Assembly: GCF_000017305.1 (NCBI RefSeq)
Contig: NC_009664.2
Location: 990,001-1,022,000, forward strand
Source of the DNA: Kineococcus radiotolerans SRS30216 = ATCC BAA-149
GTDB lineage: Bacteria; Actinomycetota; Actinomycetes; Actinomycetales; Kineococcaceae
DNA: 32,000 bases
Direction: 5' to 3'
Below are positions 15,667-24,151 of the stretch, one piece after another; the first letter of the stretch is position 1, and each line of letters starts with the position of its first letter. A model generated the notes under the pieces. That model made no database searches, was not told the DNA's origin, and saw nothing but the letters and a program-made list of their open reading frames with translations. Both the position numbers and the translations under genes were made by a program.

Positions 15667-16605
15667 ATGCAGCCCGGAACCCTCGGACGACTCGGCCTCG
15701 TCGTGCACCCCGTGCGCGACACGAGGGCGGAGGCCGAGATCGTCATCGCCTGGGCCGGGGAGCACGGCAAGGAGGTCGTCGGCCTGCGCACCGACGCCGC
15801 CCGGCTGCCCGCGGGGGTCCGCGGGGTCGGCGAGGAGGAGTTCGCCCGCACCGTCGACGCCGTCGTCAGCCTCGGCGGCGACGGCACCATGCTCGGCGCG
15901 CTGCGCCTGGTCGTGGGGCGCGGGGTGCCGGTCCTGGGCGTGAACCTCGGTCACCTGGGCTTCCTCGTCGAGCTGGAGCCCCGGGAGCTGCCGGCGGCGC
16001 TGGAACGGGTCGCGGCGATGGACTTCACCGTCGAACCCCACCTGTGCCTGCGGACCGTGCTGCGCACCGGGGACGGCCTGCGGGAGGCCGTCGCCTTCAA
16101 CGACATCGCCCTGGCCCGCACCCCCGGCCGCGGGACGGTGACGGCGGCCCTGTCGGTCGCCGGCCAGCGGATCGGCTACCTGCGCTGCGACGCGATCGTC
16201 CTGGCGACGCCGACCGGCTCCACGGCCTACAGCTACGCCGCCGGCGGCCCCATCGTCTCCCCCGGCGCCGACACGCTCCTGGTGACGCCGGTGGCGCCGA
16301 TGTCCGGCATCGGGCGGCCCATCGTCCTGGGGCTGGAGGAGACGGTGCGCCTGGAGCTGATGGAGTCCTCCGGCCCGCCGGTCGTCGAGGTCGACGGCAT
16401 CGCCGCCGGCGAGCTGCCCCCCGGCTCGGTGGTCGAGGTCCGCGCCGAACGCGACGCCGGCCACGTGATCCGCCTCGACGCCGCCGACCACGGGCGCCGC
16501 TCCCGGGTGAAGCTGAGCCTGCTGGACCTGCCGCTGCTGCCCGACGAGATGCTGGAGCTCGTCCCGAAGGAGATGCGGCGCAACGAGTCCACCTGGGCGC
16601 GCTGA
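15667..16605 (+). CDS. nadK: NAD(+) kinase
   Basis: In frame with track ORF 15082..16605. ATG 15667 gives MQPGTLGRLGLVVHP... Motifs GGDGTML, VNLGHLGFL, TPTGSTAYSYAAGGPIV. Confidence 0.9.
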   Translation: MQPGTLGRLGLVVHPVRDTRAEAEIVIAWAGEHGKEVVGLRTDAARLPAGVRGVGEEEFARTVDAVVSLGGDGTMLGALRLVVGRGVPVLGVNLGHLGFLVELEPRELPAALERVAAMDFTVEPHLCLRTVLRTGDGLREAVAFNDIALARTPGRGTVTAALSVAGQRIGYLRCDAIVLATPTGSTAYSYAAGGPIVSPGADTLLVTPVAPMSGIGRPIVLGLEETVRLELMESSGPPVVEVDGIAAGELPPGSVVEVRAERDAGHVIRLDAADHGRRSRVKLSLLDLPLLPDEMLELVPKEMRRNESTWAR

Positions 16606-16607
16606 GC

Positions 16608-17483
16608 TCAGTCCGCGTCGGGGGCGGTCGTCGGGACGCCGGTCGGGGCGCCGAGGGCGGCGTCGCTGCTGGTGCCCGCGGGGGTCGGGGCGGACACCGC
16701 GTCGTCCTGCTGGGCGGTCGCGTCGGCGGAGGACGAGGAGCTGCTGCTCGTGGTGGAGCTGCTCGTGGTGGAGCTGCGGGTGGCGGAGGGGCTGCGGGTC
16801 GCGGTGGCGGTCGGCTCGCCGGTCGTCGTCCCCGAGCTCGTCGTGCTCGTGGGGCTGGCGGTGCCGGAGTCCGTGCCCGTCGCCGTGGCGGTGTCCGTCG
16901 CCGTCGCGGTGGAGGTCGGCGTCCCGCTGGGGCTCGGGGTCTCGCTGGGCGTGCTCGTGACGCGGTTGCCGAGGATCCCGGGGTTCACCGTGGCCGGGGA
17001 GTCCTGGCGGACGGCCGCGACGCTCTCCCCGCTCAGCTGCTCCCAGGCGAAGATCCCCCCGACGCTCAGCACGAAGGCCACCACGCCCAGCGCGACGGCG
17101 TGCAGGGGGCGGAAGCGCCGGCGCGGGGCGGGGACCGGGGTGGGCGCGGGGGCGTCCTCGTCCCCGGCGGGGACGGGGGGCGCGGGGTCCTCCGGGTGCT
17201 CGTCCTGCGCCGGCGGCACCGGCGAGGGGCCGGTGCGGCGCTCGCGGGCCCGCTGGGCGGCCTCGGCGATCCGCTCCCGGCTCCGGTTCAGGGTGTAGCC
17301 GTAGATCGCCGCGGCCGTGGAGGCGATGACGCTGCCGAGGGCCGCGCCCACGAGGGTCCCGTAGGCCCCGAGGCTCTTGAGGCCGGCCAGCAGGAAGGCC
17401 GACGTGACGGCCGCGAGGGCACCGCCGGCGATCTGCAGCCAGTTGATGGTCAGGGTGGTCCGCTGGGGGGTCTGGTCGCTCAT
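16608..17483 (-). CDS. hypothetical membrane protein with a Pro-rich linker and a long Ser/Thr-rich C-terminal tail
   Basis: Track ORF 16608..17609 trimmed to ATG 17483 (MSDQTPQRTTL...). Three hydrophobic helices. The tail TSTPSETPSPSGTPTSTATATDTATATGTDSGT...SSTTSSSTTSSSSSSS is predicted outside the membrane. Confidence 0.65.
   Translation of the reverse strand: MSDQTPQRTTLTINWLQIAGGALAAVTSAFLLAGLKSLGAYGTLVGAALGSVIASTAAAIYGYTLNRSRERIAEAAQRARERRTGPSPVPPAQDEHPEDPAPPVPAGDEDAPAPTPVPAPRRRFRPLHAVALGVVAFVLSVGGIFAWEQLSGESVAAVRQDSPATVNPGILGNRVTSTPSETPSPSGTPTSTATATDTATATGTDSGTASPTSTTSSGTTTGEPTATATRSPSATRSSTTSSSTTSSSSSSSADATAQQDDAVSAPTPAGTSSDAALGAPTGVPTTAPDAD
16738..16785. repeat. imperfect in-frame 15-bp tandem repeat (about 3 copies) within the S/T-rich coding tail
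   Basis: gag(ctg)ctgctcgtggtg / gagctgctcgtggtg / gagctgcgggtggcg, encoding reiterated T/S pentapeptides on the minus strand. Confidence 0.5.
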
Positions 17484-17589
17484 GCCGTGCCCATCGTGCC
17501 ACCCGGGCGGGGCTGCTCCCGGCCGGTGGCGGCGGGGGCGCCGGGGGAATCCTGTGAAGGCTCCGGTGGCTGAGCCGGTGCCCGTCGGA

Positions 17590-17595
17590 CACAGT
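17590..17595 (+). promoter_or_regulatory. weak -10-like hexamer CACAGT, 6 nt upstream of the ATG at 17602
   Basis: CACAGT-gacgcc-ATG. A2 and T6 are conserved but the first base is C. Confidence 0.25.
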
Positions 17596-17601
17596 GACGC
17601 C

Positions 17602-17964
17602 ATGAGCATCCTCGTCCAGGACCTGAACCAGTGGAAGAGCGCCCCCGTCCTCGACGTGAGCGACGCGAAGATCGGGACCCTGGCCTCGGTCTACGTCGAC
17701 GCGGCCACGGACGAGTGGTTGTTCGCCGCCGTCGAGACCGGCGTCGTCGGCTTCAAGAAGGCCGTGCTCGTGCCCCTGGACGGGGCCGCGGTCGGTCGTC
17801 ACGACATCCGGGTGGCCTTCTCCAAGGAGACCGTCAAGGCGGCTCCCAGCTTCGGCACCGACGAGGAGCTGGGCCCCGACGACGAGCCGCGGATCTACGT
17901 GCACTACGGCATGGAGTACTCCCCCGCCGACACCCCCAGCGGCCGCCGCCTGGCCCGCCGCTGA
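17602..17964 (+). CDS. PRC-barrel domain protein
   Basis: 120 aa from ATG 17602 (in frame with track ORF 17377..17964). Typical actinobacterial PRC-barrel pattern: DAKIGTLASVYVD...EWLFAAVETG....KAVLVPL...IRVAFSKETVKAAP....EELGPDDEPRIYVHYG. Confidence 0.8.
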   Translation: MSILVQDLNQWKSAPVLDVSDAKIGTLASVYVDAATDEWLFAAVETGVVGFKKAVLVPLDGAAVGRHDIRVAFSKETVKAAPSFGTDEELGPDDEPRIYVHYGMEYSPADTPSGRRLARR

Positions 17965-17992
17965 GGTCCCGCCGAGGGTCGCCGTCGGGGTG

Positions 17993-18034
17993 CCGCCGCG
18001 GTGCGGGCCGGTCCACCGGCCCGCACCGCGGCGG
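17993..18034. terminator. bidirectional terminator-like hairpin between convergent genes
   Basis: CCGCCGCGGTGCGGGCCGG (17993-18011) and CCGGCCCGCACCGCGGCGG (18016-18034) are perfect reverse complements: a 19-bp stem with a 4-nt loop TCCA. It lies between stops at 17964 (+) and 18038 (-). Confidence 0.65.
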
Positions 18035-18037
18035 GGT

Positions 18038-19078
18038 TCAGGCCCGGGCGCGCTGCATGGCGTCGCTGACCTCGCCGACGAGCTCCTCGATGACGTCCTC
18101 GAGGAACACGATCCCGACCACGGTGCCCGCGGCGTCGACCACGCGGGCCAGGTGCGCCCCGCTGCGGCGCATCGCGGTGAGCGCGTCCTCGACCTCCTCG
18201 CCGTCCCCGATCGTCCCGAGCTGGCGGATCCGCTTCTCCGGCACGGGTTCGGCGTAGCGCTCGTCGTCGGCGTAGAGGACGTCCTTGAGGTGCAGGTAGC
18301 CGTGCAGGTCACCGGCGTCGTCCAGCACCGGGAACCGGGAGTACCCGGTGCGGGCCACCAGGGCCTCGACGTCGGCCGGGGTGGCTCCCAGGGGCAGGGT
18401 GCGCAGCTGGGCCAGGGGCACGGCGATGTCCCCGACGGTGCTCTCGGAGAACTCCAGCGCCCCGCTGACCAGACCGCCGCTGTCGTCGAGGGTCCCCTCG
18501 CGCCGGCTCTCGGCGACGATGGACTGGACCTCCTCGACGGTGAAGGCGCTGGCCACCTCGTCCTTGGGCTCCACGCCCAGCGCGCGCAGCGCCGCGTTGG
18601 TCAGCCCGTTCAGCGCGCGGATGATCGGGCCGATGACCCGCCCGATCGCCACCAGCGGCGGCCCGAGCAGCAGCACCGCGCGGTCCGGGCCGGCGATGCT
18701 GAGGTTCTTCGGGATCATCTCCCCGACCACGACGTGCAGGTAGGTCACGATCGAGAGCGCGATGACCAGCGCGACCGGGTGGATGAGGAACTCGGGCAGG
18801 TGCACGGCGTGGAACAGCGGTTCCAGCAGGTGCGCCAGCGCCGGTTCCGCGACGGCCCCCAGCCCCAGCGAGCACAGCGTCACCCCCAGCTGGCAGGCGG
18901 CCAGCATGAGCGAGACGTGCTCCATGGCCGAGAGCGCCGAGCGGGCGCGGGCGCTGGTGGCGGCGAGGGGCTCGATCTGGCTGCGCCGGGCCGAGAGCAC
19001 GGCGAACTCGGCGCCGACGAAGAAGGCGTTGCCCAGCAGCAGGACGACGGCGAGCAGCAGAGAGGCCTGGGCGCTCAC
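18038..19078 (-). CDS. CNNM/DUF21 transmembrane + CBS-pair protein (hemolysin-like, no CorC_HlyC domain)
   Basis: 346 aa. N-terminal AEFAVLS...GEMIPKNLS (DUF21), then a CBS pair. GTG start overlaps the upstream stop (GTGA at 19075-19078). Confidence 0.9.
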   Translation of the reverse strand: MSAQASLLLAVVLLLGNAFFVGAEFAVLSARRSQIEPLAATSARARSALSAMEHVSLMLAACQLGVTLCSLGLGAVAEPALAHLLEPLFHAVHLPEFLIHPVALVIALSIVTYLHVVVGEMIPKNLSIAGPDRAVLLLGPPLVAIGRVIGPIIRALNGLTNAALRALGVEPKDEVASAFTVEEVQSIVAESRREGTLDDSGGLVSGALEFSESTVGDIAVPLAQLRTLPLGATPADVEALVARTGYSRFPVLDDAGDLHGYLHLKDVLYADDERYAEPVPEKRIRQLGTIGDGEEVEDALTAMRRSGAHLARVVDAAGTVVGIVFLEDVIEELVGEVSDAMQRARA

Positions 19079-20436
19079 CGGTCACCTCCCGCGACGGCGC
19101 CGGCCGCCTCGGGGGCCGGGACGGTGCCGACGGGGGTGACCGGGCGGGGACGCAGCCGCAGCCGCTCCACCCGGCGGCCCTCCATCCGCGCCACGCGCAG
19201 CACGGCCCCGTCGAGCTCGATCTCGTCGCCCACGGCGGGGATGCGGCGCAGGCGGGACATGACGAACCCTCCGAGGGTCTCGTAGGCGGGGTCCTCCGGG
19301 ACCTCCACGCCGGTGGCGTCGCGGACCTCGTCGGGACGGGCCAGGCCCGGGACGGTCCAGGAGGCGTCGCGGTGCTGGCGCAGGCCCCCGCGGTCGCGGT
19401 CGTGCTCGTCGGAGACGTCCCCGACGATCTCCTCCACGAGGTCCTCCAGGGTGACGACCCCGGCCGTCCCGCCGTACTCGTCGACGACGACGGCGAGCTG
19501 CAACCCCTTCTGCCGCAGCTGCAGCAGCAGCGGTTCGAGGGTCAGGGAGTCCGGCACGCGACGGGCGTCGGCCATGAGCGCGGCGGCCGGGACGTCGTGG
19601 CGGCGCTCCGGCGGGACGGCGACGGCGGCCTTGACGTGGACCACCCCGCGCACGTCGTCGTCGTCGTCGCCGGTGACGGGGAAGCGGGAGTGGCCGGTGG
19701 TGCGGGCGCGGGCGACGACGTCGGCGGCGGTCTCGTCGAGGCGGATCGCCTCCATCCGCACCCGGGGGGTCATGACGTCGGCGGCGGTCTGGTCGCCGAA
19801 GAGCAGGGAGCGGCTGATGAGGTTGGCGGTGCCCTCGTCGAGGGTCCCCATGTCCGCGGAGCGGCGCACCAGCGCCGCGAGCTCGCGGGCCGAGCGGGCC
19901 CCGGACAGCTCCTCCTGGGGTTCGACGCCGATGCGGCGCAGGAACCAGTTGGCGCTGCCGTTGAGGACCTTCAGCAGCGGCCCGGTGGCCCAGGTGAACC
20001 CGCGCTGCAGGGGGGCCACCACGCCCGCGGTCCGCAGCGGGACGCTGAGGGCGAGGTTCTTGGGGATGAGCTCGCCGACGACCATCGAGAACGCCGCCGC
20101 GACGACGACGGCGAGGATCCCGGCGACGGAGTCGGCGCTGTCGGGGCTGAGACCGGCGGAGGTCAGCGGGCCGTTGAGCAGGGACGCCAGCGAGGGCTTG
20201 GTCAGGTACCCGACCAGCAGCGTGGTCAGGGTGATCCCGACCTGGGCGCCGGAGAGCTGGGTGGAGAGGGTGCGCAGCGCCGGCAGGATCCCGGCGGCGC
20301 GCTTGTCGCCGTCCTCGACGGCCTTCTCGACGCTGAACCGGTCGAGGGTGACGAGCGCGAACTCGGCCGCGACGAAGACCGCGGTGCCGAGGGTGAGGAG
20401 GACCCCGACGAGCAGGAGGAGCCACTCGGTCAGCAC
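19075..20436 (-). CDS. CNNM/DUF21 + CBS-pair + CorC_HlyC-type transporter-associated domain protein
   Basis: Track ORF 19075..20658 trimmed to GTG 20436 (VLTEWLLLLVGVLL...), since the extension overlaps the neighbouring gene. Motifs AEFALVT, GELIPKNLA, CBS pair, and C-terminal ETLGGFVMSRLRRIPAVGDEIELDG. Confidence 0.9.
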   Translation of the reverse strand: MLTEWLLLLVGVLLTLGTAVFVAAEFALVTLDRFSVEKAVEDGDKRAAGILPALRTLSTQLSGAQVGITLTTLLVGYLTKPSLASLLNGPLTSAGLSPDSADSVAGILAVVVAAAFSMVVGELIPKNLALSVPLRTAGVVAPLQRGFTWATGPLLKVLNGSANWFLRRIGVEPQEELSGARSARELAALVRRSADMGTLDEGTANLISRSLLFGDQTAADVMTPRVRMEAIRLDETAADVVARARTTGHSRFPVTGDDDDDVRGVVHVKAAVAVPPERRHDVPAAALMADARRVPDSLTLEPLLLQLRQKGLQLAVVVDEYGGTAGVVTLEDLVEEIVGDVSDEHDRDRGGLRQHRDASWTVPGLARPDEVRDATGVEVPEDPAYETLGGFVMSRLRRIPAVGDEIELDGAVLRVARMEGRRVERLRLRPRPVTPVGTVPAPEAAGAVAGGDR

Positions 20437-20559
20437 GAGGACCCCCCGGGCGGGGGGTGGGAGTGGTCGGTACTGGGGGGGTCTGAGTCGACCCGGGCAT
20501 CTGAACTCATGGCAGGTCGAATCGTAATCGCTGACCCCGCTCGCGCACCCTGCCGCGAC

Positions 20560-20592
20560 GGCGGGGCCCCACCCCGGGAGGCGGGGCCCGCC
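20560..20592 (-). terminator. GC-rich stem-loop 8 nt downstream of the 94-aa ORF stop
   Basis: Plus-strand GGCGGGGCCCC (20560-20570) pairs with GGGGCCCGCC (20583-20592) with one bulge. No U tract. Confidence 0.35.
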
Positions 20593-20600
20593 GGGGGAGG

Positions 20601-20885
20601 TCAGAACTCGGCGACGTGCTGGGCCGCGAACCCGCCGGGGGCGGCCGTCACCTGCCACACGCGGACGTCGAGCCCACCGCCGTGCACCCCCTGCTTCTCG
20701 TGCACCAGGGCCATCCCGTCGACGACGGTCCCGACCCCGACGACCTCGTGGCGGTGCGGACCGCGGGTCAGCGAGAAGGACGTCTCCCCCTCGAAGTCGC
20801 CCAGACCCGTCGCGGGCCGGCCGCGCACGTCGTCGACGGAGTAGTCCCGGCCGGAGACGACCGGCTCGCTGCGTGTTTCGTCCAT
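20601..20885 (-). CDS. hypothetical small protein (94 aa)
   Basis: ATG 20885 has a strong SD (AGGAG) 7 nt upstream. GC3 is very high throughout. I recognise no family. Confidence 0.68.
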   Translation of the reverse strand: MDETRSEPVVSGRDYSVDDVRGRPATGLGDFEGETSFSLTRGPHRHEVVGVGTVVDGMALVHEKQGVHGGGLDVRVWQVTAAPGGFAAQHVAEF

Positions 20886-20906
20886 GGTGCAGCTCCTGCG
20901 GTGGAC

Positions 20907-20933
20907 GGTGCCCCCGGAGACCCGGCGGGCACC
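20907..20933 (-). terminator. stem-loop between the hydrolase-fold gene and the 94-aa ORF (terminator or attenuator candidate)
   Basis: GGTGCCC-CCGG-agac-CCGG-c-GGGCACC: 11 bp with one bulge. Confidence 0.3.
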
Positions 20934-20981
20934 TGCAGTGTGCTCCTCACCGCCGGTGGCCGACAGCCCCCCACCCGGGGG

Positions 20982-21809
20982 TCAGAACAGCGTCTCCCCG
21001 CCGAGGAACGTCTCGATGGGGCCCACGCACCGGCGGGCCGCGCGCAGCAGCGAGTCGTGCCCGCAGCCGCCCGCCACCAGCGCGGTCGCCGTCGGCACCG
21101 CCTCGGCCATCGCGAGCGCGGCGGCGCCGAAGTGCGCGGGCGAGCGCTCCCCGGTGAGCAGCAGCGCGCGCACCGGCAGCCCGGCGTAGACGTCGGCGGG
21201 GCCGTCGAACTGCAGCCCGGCGCGGGTCTCGGCGAGCACCTGGGGCAGCCGGGCGGCCGTGGAGCGTCCCCACTCGGTGCGGGCCAGCACCCCGCCGAGG
21301 AGGCGCTGGACGCGTTCGGAGCGCCCGGCCACCGTCTGCAGGGAGGAGGTCCTCAGGTGGCGGTCGAGGTGGGCGAGGGCGAGGTCGGGGGAGTTCGTGG
21401 CCAGCGCGCGGGCGGCCTGCTCGAGGGCCTCCTCGGGCACCGACCCGTCGATGGGCAGGACGGCGTCGTAGACGGCGACGCGGTCGATGCTGCGCTCCAG
21501 CAGCCCCGCGGTGGCCAGCAGCGCGACGAGACCGCCGAGGCCGTGGCCCAGGACGAGGCGGGCGCCGGTGCGGGTGAGCACCGCGCCCAGCAGGGCGACG
21601 TCGTCGGCGACGACGTAGCGCTCCCCGCCGCGGCCGGCGGCCTCGCGGTCGTAGCGGTGGACGGTGAAGCGCGCCGCGAGGCGCTCGGCGAGCCGGACGT
21701 AGTCCCCCGAGGAGCGCGCGCCGTGGACCAGGACGAGCCCCGGCCCGGCCCCGGACGTGACGACGTCGACGGGAGACCCGTCCGCGCGGCGCACGCCCTC
21801 GAGGATCAA
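20982..21809 (-). CDS. alpha/beta-hydrolase-fold protein with the nucleophile Ser replaced by Gly
   Basis: 275 aa. LVLVHGA oxyanion region; nucleophile-elbow position reads GHGLG (21534-21548) instead of GxSxG; C-terminal GGCGHD. The most upstream start is TTG 21809, 4 nt after the guaB1 stop; GTG 21794 is an alternative. Confidence 0.78.
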   Translation of the reverse strand: MILEGVRRADGSPVDVVTSGAGPGLVLVHGARSSGDYVRLAERLAARFTVHRYDREAAGRGGERYVVADDVALLGAVLTRTGARLVLGHGLGGLVALLATAGLLERSIDRVAVYDAVLPIDGSVPEEALEQAARALATNSPDLALAHLDRHLRTSSLQTVAGRSERVQRLLGGVLARTEWGRSTAARLPQVLAETRAGLQFDGPADVYAGLPVRALLLTGERSPAHFGAAALAMAEAVPTATALVAGGCGHDSLLRAARRCVGPIETFLGGETLF

Positions 21810-21813
21810 GCGG

Positions 21814-23283
<1,470 letters not shown>

Positions 23284-23307
23284 GGCCGCCTCCGGTCGGG
23301 GAGAGGC

Positions 23308-23326
23308 TGTGCAGGCCTGGTGCACA
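23308..23326. promoter_or_regulatory. inverted repeat TGTGCA-N7-TGCACA in the guaB1 / response-regulator divergent region
   Basis: Perfect 6-bp arms (23308-23313, 23321-23326). Lies about -37 to -55 relative to the guaB1 start. Confidence 0.3.
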
Positions 23327-23373
23327 CCGGCGGCGGCCGGGTCGCGGGCGGCTCCGGGGGCCGCGCGCCGTCC

Positions 23374-23379
23374 TACCCT
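23374..23379 (+). promoter_or_regulatory. -10-like hexamer TACCCT, 7 nt upstream of the response-regulator ATG (leaderless-type)
   Basis: TACCCT-ggccggt-ATG. Confidence 0.4.
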
Positions 23380-23386
23380 GGCCGGT

Positions 23387-24151
23387 ATGAGCATCGGAAC
23401 CGCGTCCGCGCCCCAGGGCGGGGCGGGCCAGCCCTCGCGGACGGCCGTCGTCGTCGAGGACGAGCCCACCATCGCCGACGCCGTCGCGCGCCGCCTGCGC
23501 GCCGAGGGCTACACCGTGGAGACCGCCGGGGACGGGCCCAGCGGGGTGGAGCTGTGCGAGCGGGTCACCCCCGACGTCGTCGTCCTCGACGTCATGCTCC
23601 CCGGCTTCGACGGGCTGGAGGTGTGCCGGCGGGTGCAGGCCGCCCGTCCCGTCCCGGTCCTCATGCTCACCGCGCGCGACGACGAGACCGACAAGCTCGT
23701 GGGGCTGGGCGTGGGCGCGGACGACTACATGACGAAGCCGTTCTCGATGCGCGAGCTCGTCGCCCGGGTCAACGGCCTGGTCCGCCGCGTGGAGCGCGCG
23801 CGGGCGCTGGTCGGGGCGCCGGCGCCCTCGGCGGAGGCGATGCGCTTCCCCGTCTCCGACGGGGAGCTGGAGATCGACCGCGCCCAGCGCCGGGTGCGCC
23901 GGGCCGGGACCGAGGTGCACCTGACCCCGACGGAGTTCGACCTGCTGGTCTGCCTGGCGGAGTCCCCGCGCACGGTGCTGACCCGCGAGAAGCTGCTGGA
24001 GGAGGTGTGGGACTGGGCCGACGCCTCGGGCACCCGCACCGTCGACAGCCACGTGAAGGCGCTGCGGCGCAAGCTGGGGGCCGACCTGGTCCGCACCGTC
24101 CACGGCGTGGGGTACGCCTTCGAGCCCGGCGGCGTGCAGGAGGCCCCGTGA
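23387..24151 (+). CDS. OmpR-family two-component response regulator
   Basis: 254 aa from ATG 23387. Receiver domain (VVVEDEP, VVLDVMLPGFDG, TKPF) and winged-helix output domain (LTPTEFDLL, VHGVGYAF). Confidence 0.92.
   Translation: MSIGTASAPQGGAGQPSRTAVVVEDEPTIADAVARRLRAEGYTVETAGDGPSGVELCERVTPDVVVLDVMLPGFDGLEVCRRVQAARPVPVLMLTARDDETDKLVGLGVGADDYMTKPFSMRELVARVNGLVRRVERARALVGAPAPSAEAMRFPVSDGELEIDRAQRRVRRAGTEVHLTPTEFDLLVCLAESPRTVLTREKLLEEVWDWADASGTRTVDSHVKALRRKLGADLVRTVHGVGYAFEPGGVQEAP

Noticed and set aside
20437-20600. M-box (Mg2+) or other known riboswitch upstream of the CNNM/CorC-type operon.
   Set aside because: I cannot find the conserved M-box core sequences or any multi-helix architecture I recognise. 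It is kept only as a low-interest leader candidate pending an Infernal scan.
20437-20658. 74-aa N-terminal extension of the CNNM ORF (track start 20658).
   Set aside because: It overlaps the 3' end of the 94-aa ORF and the terminator hairpin, includes the A/T-rich non-coding-looking patch, and has no similarity to DUF21 N-termini. GTG 20436 begins directly at the first TM helix, as in homologues.
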